This document shows positions 9,901 to 17,501 of a stretch of DNA of 26,426 nucleotides, piece after piece. Positions within the stretch are counted from its first letter, which is position 1. The number at the start of each line of letters is the position of its first letter. Under the pieces are notes generated by a model. That model saw nothing but the letters and a program-made list of their open reading frames with translations. It was not told where the DNA came from and made no database searches. Position numbers and translations under genes: made by a program. The stretch is from a virus (taxonomy: Duplodnaviria > Caudoviricetes), in the IMG/VR virus record IMGVR_UViG_3300044670_001957, positions 1 through 26,426 of that record. One strand, 5' to 3'.

Positions 9901-11988
9901 GTCTTTTATTGCAAGGCTTGTCCAAGCCCCCTCAGAAAACACACAAAGCCCCGTGTCCCCTGTGGGCTGAATGATGAAATCGACAGGGTTTAGCTGAGCT
10001 GATGTGATCTCGATCCTCTGTAAGCTAGGGGAGATATTTCCGCTGTCGCTTGTAGGGGCATCGTTTAAGAAATAGTTGTGGAGATTGCTCTCGCCCGTCA
10101 GCGCACTCGCATTGAATACTAAGGGATTAAAAGGAACTCTATAGTTGTCCTCATGTGTCCCCCCCGTATCTGAATAGAAAGAGTCATTGATTGTCACATA
10201 TGGGAGATGAGCTTCTATGAATACCCTAGAATACTCGACCCCGCCTGTTGGGGGGGTCTGTGAGAACGGGGCGGTAGGTAGTATGTATTTCACGCCCGAA
10301 ATGGTTGTGTAATATCCTTCACCTCGCTCAAAAAGACCCGAAATGTCTGTCACAGGGGCAAAGAAGTAGTTAGGGTTTCCGCCACCATCATTCAGAGGGG
10401 CGAAGTCATACACGTCCCTTGTCTTAATCAAGACAGAAGGCTTGATTAAGGGGTTAGACCTCGCATCTACAGGGATCGTCTCCGATAGGAGAGCGCCCGA
10501 ATCAGAATAAGAAGAACTCTCAGCAGAAACATTAAGGTCATTTTCACCCAAATCATAATCAAGTAAGCTGATGCTCCAAAGGTCGTCTTGGGAAGGCGCG
10601 ATGCCGTCTCTGACGAGCTTTTCAAAAGCGTCCTCTGTCTTGAAATGAACTAGCGCGAATGTGCCAAGTAGAGGCGCTTGGTCTAGCTGAGCTGCATACT
10701 CATCAAAATTAGCCACATGGCGATACCTCGCCACTTGATGCGTATAGTGAGTCTCTCCTAACGTCACATAATTGCCTGCTGTCTCAAAGAGATCAGAGCT
10801 AGAAGAAGGGCGGATCGGACTGAAAAACCTCTGTCTTTGATCTCTAGGAGTGAGCAGATCAGAGCCTAAATAAGATTTCAGCATGGGCATACGGTAAGAA
10901 AGGAAGCTCGCCTCTCCATTGTTCGCCCAAGCACTAGAGAAGGAATCCCAACGAAATGCTCCAAAGAGTACAGGGATTTGACCCTTCTCAGGGTCTATTA
11001 CCGCCACTCCTTCTCCGAAATAGGCAGCGTTGCCATCTTTTAATAATCTTACCGCTCCGACTGTCTCCGAAGGCGCTAATGGTGGGTTCGGGAGGGGGTC
11101 GAGTCCATTTGAGAGGTCGCTTCTGTACTGCCCCGTCTGCATTTCAGAGAGGTCATATTGACCCGCCCTTCTGCTTGGGAAGCTTGTGATGTCTCCCTCT
11201 ACAAAAATAGACTCTCCTTGAATCCCCCCGTCTAAGTTAATCGCCGCGAATACCCGCTTTTTAATCGTGTCTACGCTGTTAGCGGGGGAGAGATTGAGCC
11301 CTTCATCGTCCCATCTTAAAAGGGCTACTGTTCCTCTATCCGCAGGGAATAGAAACCCTGAAACAGTAAAGCCTCCCTCATTTTGAGCACTTGTTATGAT
11401 ATTTCTTAGTGGGAGATTTCTGTCTGAAAGAGGGTCGCCAGGGTTGGGAGAGAAAGCCTCTCCCTCTTGAGAGGCTAAATGCAATTTCCCCGCGCCTCCC
11501 CCTTTTAAATAAACCAAGTCAGAGACGTTGAATAAGGGGTCTGTTGTGGGGTTGTTTGTGGGAGATAAGTTAGGGTTTAAATTATAGAGAAAAGCGTCCT
11601 CTGAGGACGCTATAATATCTTCAGAAGATACGGAGTTTCCTGCAAAAGAGATCGTGCTCTGCCTCTCCCAAATCGGCGAGTCTGCCTGCTTATAAGACCC
11701 CCAATCGGGAACGCCCGAAATCGTAGAAGACCTGCCGTCATAAGAGTAGACTTCAGAGCCATACCCTAAACATGGGGGTCTTCTAATCGAGCCACCAAGT
11801 TCATCTACTGTCTCTTGGAGATTGTCTTCTAGATAATCTCCAAACGGGTTTGTAGTCGATATTTCAGACGCTTTATATGCGCCCTCTCGTATCGTCACTT
11901 GAGAACTGAGATTATTGACAACGGTTGTGGAAGGACTAGAACCCCCCCCAACTCGAAGAATTGACTTAGGGTCTACAATCTTTGGCAT
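6928..11988 (-). CDS. Giant putative virion structural / fibre-associated protein
   Basis: 1686-aa ORF with RBS GGAGA inside the end of the upstream gene. N-terminal ASEI..NPFG.Y...NLQETVDEL resembles the 'nVQxAlxEL' coil motif of phage fibres. The C-terminal ~320 aa are similar to the C-terminus of the 1602-aa protein. Confidence 0.65.
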   Translation of the reverse strand: MPKIVDPKSILRVGGGSSPSTTVVNNLSSQVTIREGAYKASEISTTNPFGDYLEDNLQETVDELGGSIRRPPCLGYGSEVYSYDGRSSTISGVPDWGSYKQADSPIWERQSTISFAGNSVSSEDIIASSEDAFLYNLNPNLSPTNNPTTDPLFNVSDLVYLKGGGAGKLHLASQEGEAFSPNPGDPLSDRNLPLRNIITSAQNEGGFTVSGFLFPADRGTVALLRWDDEGLNLSPANSVDTIKKRVFAAINLDGGIQGESIFVEGDITSFPSRRAGQYDLSEMQTGQYRSDLSNGLDPLPNPPLAPSETVGAVRLLKDGNAAYFGEGVAVIDPEKGQIPVLFGAFRWDSFSSAWANNGEASFLSYRMPMLKSYLGSDLLTPRDQRQRFFSPIRPSSSSDLFETAGNYVTLGETHYTHQVARYRHVANFDEYAAQLDQAPLLGTFALVHFKTEDAFEKLVRDGIAPSQDDLWSISLLDYDLGENDLNVSAESSSYSDSGALLSETIPVDARSNPLIKPSVLIKTRDVYDFAPLNDGGGNPNYFFAPVTDISGLFERGEGYYTTISGVKYILPTAPFSQTPPTGGVEYSRVFIEAHLPYVTINDSFYSDTGGTHEDNYRVPFNPLVFNASALTGESNLHNYFLNDAPTSDSGNISPSLQRIEITSAQLNPVDFIIQPTGDTGLCVFSEGAWTSLAIKDPAYHSDGLPLAQVLSSTPAESSVGVPSTKMLYHSARLISLTELTDTTDWYIYISHTVQSRGRGNAFSIFRYDEEGFRVYQKLNLGLDTLEEASLSSKQGVGGTYESYYVYRPSTSNAVTTNRIFIDAALKVSRGVRYYIEVHPSTNHVAGDLEITILSPLYRTFAGEEPAFTTYFNQCTLDLYSGAGLVYGTLGHELYDFKVLTQDTTFDFGDGNGPVLISAEDHFDFNNSGFPEPALAHPYLPARVAANDFGEFVNDEPRIDGTQVPSYGNFTQDSLDVISIQGMSDPSNSTMFVKTWADVTQPLRRKPLSSLFTARKDTQERFLDESYRISGNFEGFDQVTDGLHRGWDTATVQGQLTGNDDLTGPIDFFVRDDSSTDLDVDSNHSLAGYLRNGRHWNRPEDSPFPLLVNEAQVRALPPMQDSVLSLAKYGQPRRGMLSIPVEDYKDASYFPNATYDASWGDDLIATPIRYYDQPSALLFTQGAMLAYMRAFDLAFSRSGSVEDVVGDSSFKMRVYGVEFHNHIHSVEDGVPLIISAKIPGVTPWLDCGMAKGFTAQNKESEGCVLSARQGLSVDEGVFFTELEIGFDGYLFENSVGEVTVLIGIGILNNALGQDLSQFGSTTSTRIQDRRGLVGIEVLRKSTGQNYDGDAVVYTQDIGLVGSLPSSTLPVISDSVTVNQVYYNLAFSLLLDPNAGQSQTDNEHFILIEDRIPTLEEGFLSKTANYTIVGGTGDYEIVRNSEPDYTQINALGNNPNLNLSNFWRGYFQNVPPGDYIIIAQTDSDDNITPEMDISLRGFLGIPSINSSPLPNTVGYASLLLPGATGAPSAYSWDVSVASSGAVTFSQTNNFVPLSDGDPYTQRIETISNTTGEVNIFVIDLTDNSLVNLTVGTNPNCSVHQDVATISAGTNYDDDNQGTYSVECDLLVGRNYKFVYESLSYGNSVQVALTTSYTFSEVLTQQAPHRYEHYAFVPRFGSIIYEYTASPVS

Positions 11989-11991
11989 TTC

Positions 11992-14900
11992 TTAGTCTCC
12001 ACTCAATAATAGATTCTGTGTGCGGAAAACACACGCCACCGTCCTGTCCTCTGAGGGAGAGAACTGAACCATATTCGCTTTTGAAGCCTCGACTCCACTC
12101 GCGATATTAACTGCCTCAGAGTATCGAGAAACCACCACCAAGACGATCTCCCCTCTCCTATAAAGAGTGCTATCTTCTTCAACCCTAGCCAACATGGGGA
12201 CTGCATTCTTATGTGCAATAGCCTCTCTAAGCCCCTTCGCATAAGAGCTCGGCTTATAAAGGAGGTCACTTGTGTCCTCATAAACAACCCGACCCTCTAC
12301 ATCGAGAACAGGATTATTAAGAACCACGACCCCTGTCCCGTCCATAGGTAGGAAAGAAGGAAGCGAAGCTAGACCTGAGTTTATTTCAAAATCGTCTAGT
12401 GATATGAGAGAAGACCCCAAAAGACTAGACTCGCTCGTGTATTCTGAAACATTGGTATGGACACCAATTTGAACGCTAGGGGCGCTGTAAGGGAAGCCTT
12501 CATCTGATGATCCAGAACCTAATTGTATCGCCCATACTTTATCTGAAATAGCTATCGGCTTCAGGGTAAGACTTGAGGGGACAAGAGTTAGGATAGGAGC
12601 CGCTTTTGTCCCACAGGTTTGAGGAGCTGCCGCTCGATAGTAAACCGAAAACTGAAATCCTAAGTTCGGCATGGGCTCTAAAAAGTCTGCCGTGATTCTT
12701 AGTCTCCGCTGACCCCCGATTGAGTTTTGGAACACTAAGGTCGTTTCAACAGTACCGAAAGAGGACGCGCTCAAGTCCAAAGCAACATTTGTTGGGTTTG
12801 CTGCGTCAGAAATATCTTCCACTACAGGGTTGCTGTCCCTCAGAGAAATCCCATACGGAATATACACCTGCGTGGCAGACTCTGAAATGAAGATGTATTC
12901 ATTGGGTGTTGTCTTTGCTAGGACAACATCTCGGCTTCCTTCCCTCGTATGCGCTTTAAACTCAACAAGGTTGCCAAATAAATCTAATGAGTCTAAAGCG
13001 ACTGAGCTTCCTTCTCCATAAATGTAGTAGTCCACCCCCCCGCCCGTATTTACAGTAATCTCGTCTGCTTCTAAGTTCTCAACAGGAGTCGCAGAAAGAC
13101 CCTCTCCTTGAGGATACTCAACGGTGATCTCCAACCAAATCTCGTTAAAAGAGCCTGTATCCCCTACGACAGCATCTCCGACAAGAGTGGTGCTGATCGC
13201 CCCAATCTCGCCCCCGTCTGCGGTCGTTTGATTTCTATCTAAGGTAAGAGTTAAGACTGACGTGCCTAGTCCCTCAACCCTCTTAAATTGAATCGTGGTG
13301 TCAATGTCACCTAAGGTATAGCCCTCGTCGTGTATTCCTGTGATGTTGGTAATCACAGTCCCAACGGGGGCGACATTATTCGCAAATAACTGACTGAAAT
13401 TCTGATTTCCCGACCAAAGGATGTCACGAGAAGATAAATCCAAGGCATCGAAATCTATTTCAATCGTGTCCCCCTCATACCAATTATTCGTTGCGGGATC
13501 CCCCGCCGTAACTGTAGTGGAACCCCCCAATTGTGTGTTGTTCACGTCCCTATCTATTTTTAGAAATAGCTTCTGAACAACAGAGGCATCAGAGAACCTC
13601 GTGCATACTCGGTCAAGATTGCGTATGAATGCCCCTCTGCTCGCTATCTGACCCCCTAGCGCAACAGACTTTCCTATTTCATCACAGATTAGAGGTGCGG
13701 TGCTTATATCCCCGCTCCCGCTACCTATGGTTCGATAGTCAGACCCGTCCATCGCCCAAGTCCGAAATTGATTGTCTAAGAGCCTCTGAAATTGGGTCGT
13801 GAGTTCTTGGGTATAGTCACAGCCATTTACAAAGATACTTCTTCTTAAATCGAGAACGTCTTGGCTCGCAACTTGATCAGAAAAAAGCCCGTCTGGACGA
13901 TCTGAAGAACCTACAGGGACTTGAAATTGAACACCCTGAGTTATTTCAGAGTTCCCAAACCCAACGTGGTCACTCAGAGGACCGTCATTCACATGGAGTG
14001 ATGGGTTAAACCGACCTTCATTTCTGCGGAAAACAAAACAAATGGGAATGGCATATACATAACCATCTACAGACCCCAAGTCTGTCGCGCTCTGCTCAGA
14101 CCCGTCTCCTGTAAAGAATAAGCCCGTGTCTGTATAGGGATATGAGTTCGTATTTCCGTCAGGTCTGAGGACATCATTCCCATCCGCCCTTGTGAAATAG
14201 TAGCCTGCAACAGAAGCCCCCTGACCCCCTTGAGCTACTACGTTCTCATTCTCAAAACCAAAAGGCTGTGTTTTCGGATTGACCCCATCTAAAAGAGCAG
14301 CCCCATCATAGTCCTCAGAATAGACTCGAAGTCTGTATTGAAGCTGTACCCTCTTGGTTGTTTCCACTCCCTGTAAGGGATCTCTCAAGTCCTCATCGAA
14401 GTAGAGAGAAGGGTCACACTCTGTATTCCCTGCGAAATAAATCTTATCTGCCTGTGGGATGCCTGCTCCGTCTGAACCCCCTATGGGCTGCTGTAGAGAG
14501 AGCCCCCCCGCAGTCGCGGAAACCGCAGACAAAGAAATCGAGTTGCCGTCAACACCCCCACCAAAAGTCAGGTAAACAAACTCAGTCCCTCTCGTGTCAG
14601 CAGTAATCGCAACTCCAAGGTCTACAGGGTTGATAAGATTTACAGCGTCTGAAATGTTTCGTGCCGTTTCTGCTTCTGTAAGACCAATGTCAAAGTCAAC
14701 GCCTGTCTCTAGCTGAACCAAGCTTCCAGAAGGAAGCGAGCTCCCATCAAAGTTGAGAACGTCTCCATTTGTGAGTGAGCCTACCGCGAGGACTCTGATG
14801 TTTCCTGTCGCAGAAGATGTAGGGGTGACAAGAGCTTTCCAAACCTCAAGAAATACAAAATCTGTCCTCTTGATGTCGGGAGACTGAGCGCCCAATGAAG

Positions 14901-15246
14901 GTGAGGGTAACAAGACGTGATTAAGATTTTCGTCTGTAGAAGCAGTCCCCGAAACAAGAACCTCTTGACCTGCCACCCTAGCGGAGAAGGACTTTATGGT
15001 CAGAGTATTTGGCTGAAATAAGGGGTTGAGGTTATCGTAATAAACGAATGACCCCTCCTCTGAATCAAAGGGGTAGTCTGAGAGAACCCCACTAGGCAGG
15101 TCTTTCTGTGATCTTAGAGTCCTCAAAGATTGAGAGAGGTTTAGCTCACTATCGAGAACCGATCTTCCTTCTTGATAAACAACACTTAACCACGCTCTTT
15201 TGAGGGGGTCTAAGTCCCTTGAAGTAGAAGCGATATATTCTTTCAT
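11992..15246 (-). CDS. Large phage virion structural protein, paralogue of 926..6211
   Basis: 1084-aa ORF with RBS AAGGGGGT. Motifs VVYQEGRSVLDSELN, DFVFLEVW, ETTKRVQLQYRLRV, DGYVYAIPICFVFRRN and RPDGLFSDQV..DVLDLR. Confidence 0.7.
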   Translation of the reverse strand: MKEYIASTSRDLDPLKRAWLSVVYQEGRSVLDSELNLSQSLRTLRSQKDLPSGVLSDYPFDSEEGSFVYYDNLNPLFQPNTLTIKSFSARVAGQEVLVSGTASTDENLNHVLLPSPSLGAQSPDIKRTDFVFLEVWKALVTPTSSATGNIRVLAVGSLTNGDVLNFDGSSLPSGSLVQLETGVDFDIGLTEAETARNISDAVNLINPVDLGVAITADTRGTEFVYLTFGGGVDGNSISLSAVSATAGGLSLQQPIGGSDGAGIPQADKIYFAGNTECDPSLYFDEDLRDPLQGVETTKRVQLQYRLRVYSEDYDGAALLDGVNPKTQPFGFENENVVAQGGQGASVAGYYFTRADGNDVLRPDGNTNSYPYTDTGLFFTGDGSEQSATDLGSVDGYVYAIPICFVFRRNEGRFNPSLHVNDGPLSDHVGFGNSEITQGVQFQVPVGSSDRPDGLFSDQVASQDVLDLRRSIFVNGCDYTQELTTQFQRLLDNQFRTWAMDGSDYRTIGSGSGDISTAPLICDEIGKSVALGGQIASRGAFIRNLDRVCTRFSDASVVQKLFLKIDRDVNNTQLGGSTTVTAGDPATNNWYEGDTIEIDFDALDLSSRDILWSGNQNFSQLFANNVAPVGTVITNITGIHDEGYTLGDIDTTIQFKRVEGLGTSVLTLTLDRNQTTADGGEIGAISTTLVGDAVVGDTGSFNEIWLEITVEYPQGEGLSATPVENLEADEITVNTGGGVDYYIYGEGSSVALDSLDLFGNLVEFKAHTREGSRDVVLAKTTPNEYIFISESATQVYIPYGISLRDSNPVVEDISDAANPTNVALDLSASSFGTVETTLVFQNSIGGQRRLRITADFLEPMPNLGFQFSVYYRAAAPQTCGTKAAPILTLVPSSLTLKPIAISDKVWAIQLGSGSSDEGFPYSAPSVQIGVHTNVSEYTSESSLLGSSLISLDDFEINSGLASLPSFLPMDGTGVVVLNNPVLDVEGRVVYEDTSDLLYKPSSYAKGLREAIAHKNAVPMLARVEEDSTLYRRGEIVLVVVSRYSEAVNIASGVEASKANMVQFSPSEDRTVACVFRTQNLLLSGD

Positions 15247-15261
15247 CTTCTAACCCCCTTC

Positions 15262-15891
15262 TTAAAAAGTAAGTCTCCAAGTGAGCGCGAGAACTGCTCC
15301 TTGAGGCTTATGGATAACGGGAAATGTAAGATAGTTGATCAAGCGGTCAAAGCTTCTCAAATCAAGATCGCTTCTATTTGGGAACACATCTGTTGAAGGG
15401 GTACTCTGTGTCGTATCTTGGGAGAGAGTTGAAAGAAGACCCATTTCTGTGAGTCCTGCACCACTCGCCTCTGTCTCTGCAAACACCGTTGTTAAATCTA
15501 AAATGTTCGTAGGGGTATTAGAGACTGCCCCTGTGGTTGCGTTCCTATACACAACAGAGCTGAAAGGCTTTCTCACTATTTCAGAGTTCAGCTTTCTTTG
15601 TCTGTTATCTGCAACATCAGGTGCGCTCGCCAAACCTGTCGCCCCCGTACCAATCGCGAGCATCGTGACACCACCTACCCCTAGCTCCCCTGCAAACAAC
15701 ATAGCGGCTAAAACTCCCCCATCTAGCGTGTAGATGTTGTTCTTGTTGAGGACTTGCTCTTCCGCCCCGTCTTTGTGAGTAATCACACCAAATACTTGCC
15801 CCTTAATTTTATAAGGGTTTTCACTCAATGTATAACCTACACCCAAACCTGCTGTCGAAGGGGGTGCTATCTTATCTTGAATCTTACTCAT
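15262..15891 (-). CDS. Baseplate/tail-fibre adaptor-like protein (stand-alone fibre N-terminal/collar-type domain)
   Basis: Start reassigned from 15957 to the ATG at 15891 (MSKIQDK, 209 aa) because GGAGG lies 9 nt upstream. The pattern N..T.DG...LA / MLAIGTG / L.SEI.RK / TTVF...EA....LTEMGL / TFPVIHK....L.LTWRLTF resembles phage fibre-anchor (DUF3751-like) domains that follow gpI genes. Confidence 0.7.
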   Translation of the reverse strand: MSKIQDKIAPPSTAGLGVGYTLSENPYKIKGQVFGVITHKDGAEEQVLNKNNIYTLDGGVLAAMLFAGELGVGGVTMLAIGTGATGLASAPDVADNRQRKLNSEIVRKPFSSVVYRNATTGAVSNTPTNILDLTTVFAETEASGAGLTEMGLLSTLSQDTTQSTPSTDVFPNRSDLDLRSFDRLINYLTFPVIHKPQGAVLALTWRLTF

Positions 15892-15957
15892 CCTGTCTGT
15901 CCTCCAAGTAGGGGTGATGTGAGTATATACCCACGCATCATAGCCTTCTTGAAACAT

Positions 15958-16009
15958 AGAAACTCTAAAAAAGAGGGGTGATCAAAAAACCCTCTTTTTT
16001 AGAGTTTCT
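15958..16009. terminator. 20-bp perfect inverted repeat; probable (bidirectional) intrinsic terminator or RNA processing hairpin
   Basis: AGAAACTCTAAAAAAGAGGG (15958-15977), a 12-nt loop, then CCCTCTTTTTTAGAGTTTCT (15990-16009). The GAGGG/CCCTC core is flanked by A6/T6. It begins 13 bp after the stop of 16023..16742. Confidence 0.7.
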
Positions 16010-16022
16010 CTACAGGACTAAT

Positions 16023-16742
16023 TTACGCGCTAAAGGTCAGCGTGTATGTAATGTCTAAAGAACCATCAGTTGTCTTTGAAATAGTCTCAGTTAAGACTCT
16101 ATGGGCAAATAAACGCATAAAGTTCGTTGTGCTAGGCTGACCCGCCTGTATTTGACCATTTACGTCTGCATTTGACCCTAACGTCCAAAGCCCTACCTCT
16201 GCAACCCCGTTAGGGACATTCCCCTCTGTCGTGTCAAAAGTCGTACTAAATCGCATCAACTTCGGAAAACCTGTAGGAAACTCGACCGTTGAAACGGACT
16301 TACAGTAAGTAGATGACGTTAAGTCAATATCCTCATCCACCATATACACAAGCTGACTGTGGGCATAAGGGTAAAACTCTGAAGAGTTTTGATTAGCGAC
16401 ATTGTTTGTCGGACCTATCGTATTTGCCCCTAAACCGCTATTGATATTATTTCCAATAGCGATATAGCCGATCATATTTCTTGCGAAGGTCTGAGGTGTG
16501 TCAGACGCAGAGGAACCTATAGGTCCTATGTGTCTAGCACCCGTAGGAAATGTCGTATTAGAGGTCATGTTTGTAGAGGGGCTGCGCGTGTCCCAAATTT
16601 GATTGTCTGTAATGACAGGGTAGAGACAATCCATTAAGACATTGTTCGACATTTCAACTGTCGTATTAGGCCCTTCCACAAACTGAAGGACACTCCCTGT
16701 TTTATCTCTAAGAGTGACCGCGACGTGTCCTTCAATCTTCAT
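16023..16742 (-). CDS. Adaptor-like baseplate/fibre protein, tandem paralogue of 16744..17439
   Basis: 239 aa. Shares MKI.G....LRD..G, VEMSNN.LMD, TNMT.NTTFP.GA.HIG, TSSTYCK, RFSTTFDTTEGNVP.G.AE..LWT.G and KT.DG.LDITYTLTF.A with its neighbour. Starts 1 bp after the upstream stop. Confidence 0.7.
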   Translation of the reverse strand: MKIEGHVAVTLRDKTGSVLQFVEGPNTTVEMSNNVLMDCLYPVITDNQIWDTRSPSTNMTSNTTFPTGARHIGPIGSSASDTPQTFARNMIGYIAIGNNINSGLGANTIGPTNNVANQNSSEFYPYAHSQLVYMVDEDIDLTSSTYCKSVSTVEFPTGFPKLMRFSTTFDTTEGNVPNGVAEVGLWTLGSNADVNGQIQAGQPSTTNFMRLFAHRVLTETISKTTDGSLDITYTLTFSA

Positions 16743-16743
16743 A

Positions 16744-17439
16744 TTAAGCCCCGAAAGTTAAAGTGTATGTGATGTCGAGAGTTCCGTCATCAGTCTTAGT
16801 AATCGTGTTGGCGAGAACCTTACGAGCAAACATACGGCAACTTGTAGAAAGAGACGGCTGATTTCCAAAGAGAGCTCCCCCTGCCCCGCTCGCGCTGAGC
16901 CCCGCTGTCCATAAGGCGATCTCTGCAATCCCGCTTGGGACATTTCCTTCCGTGGTGTCAAAAGTCGTGCTGAATCGGATTGACTTAGCCGTAGGGAAAG
17001 AAACAGTAGTGATCTTCTTGCAGTAAGTAGAGCTAGTGATGTCGAAATCTCCGTCTACCATGCTGACTTGAGTTTCAGGGCTAGGCGCATCCGTGTTCTG
17101 CTGATTCCAAGCAGTCGCCCCGTCTGAAAGTGTGCCAAGGTTATCTCCAACACAAATATAAGAAATCTGATTGGTTGAAAGATTAATCGCGTCTCCACCA
17201 TTAACAGCATCCACCCCAATGTGGTTCGCGCCACTTGGGAAAGTGGTGTTGTCTGTCATGTTTGTTGCCTCTGCTCTTGCAGGGGGGGCTCCTTGCGAGA
17301 GCAGATAGTCATTCGGGATCACAAGATCCATCAGAATGTTGTTTGACATCTCAACGATTGCGTTTGAGCCTTCAAAGCTCCCAAGCTCATTTCCATCTCT
17401 GTCGCGCAATACTGCTTGAATGTATCCTGTGATTTTCAT
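16744..17439 (-). CDS. Adaptor-like baseplate/fibre protein, tandem paralogue of 16023..16742
   Basis: 231 aa with RBS AGGAGA upstream. Same motifs as its neighbour, and a more distant match to 15262..15891 (IxxG, TTF...E, E.GL, K......L..T..LTF). Confidence 0.7.
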   Translation of the reverse strand: MKITGYIQAVLRDRDGNELGSFEGSNAIVEMSNNILMDLVIPNDYLLSQGAPPARAEATNMTDNTTFPSGANHIGVDAVNGGDAINLSTNQISYICVGDNLGTLSDGATAWNQQNTDAPSPETQVSMVDGDFDITSSTYCKKITTVSFPTAKSIRFSTTFDTTEGNVPSGIAEIALWTAGLSASGAGGALFGNQPSLSTSCRMFARKVLANTITKTDDGTLDITYTLTFGA

Positions 17440-17501
17440 ATCGGTTCTCCTAGAGGGTGAGGTTTCCTATCGTGGACTATTCATAAATACTTTACCGAGG
17501 A

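Noticed and set aside
15892-15957. Listed ATG at 15957 as start of the third adaptor gene
   Set aside because: It abuts the hairpin arm, and the ATG at 15891 has a well-spaced GGAGG and better matches the start of the paralogous domain.
6518-17130. CGTCTGAA words as Neisseria-type DNA uptake sequences
   Set aside because: No full GCCGTCTGAA was seen. The enriched core is CTGAAAT with variable 5' bases.
16023-17439. Tandem paralogues as a diversity-generating retroelement TR/VR pair
   Set aside because: Both are intact genes, the differences are largely synonymous and not adenine-specific, and no reverse transcriptase is present in the window.
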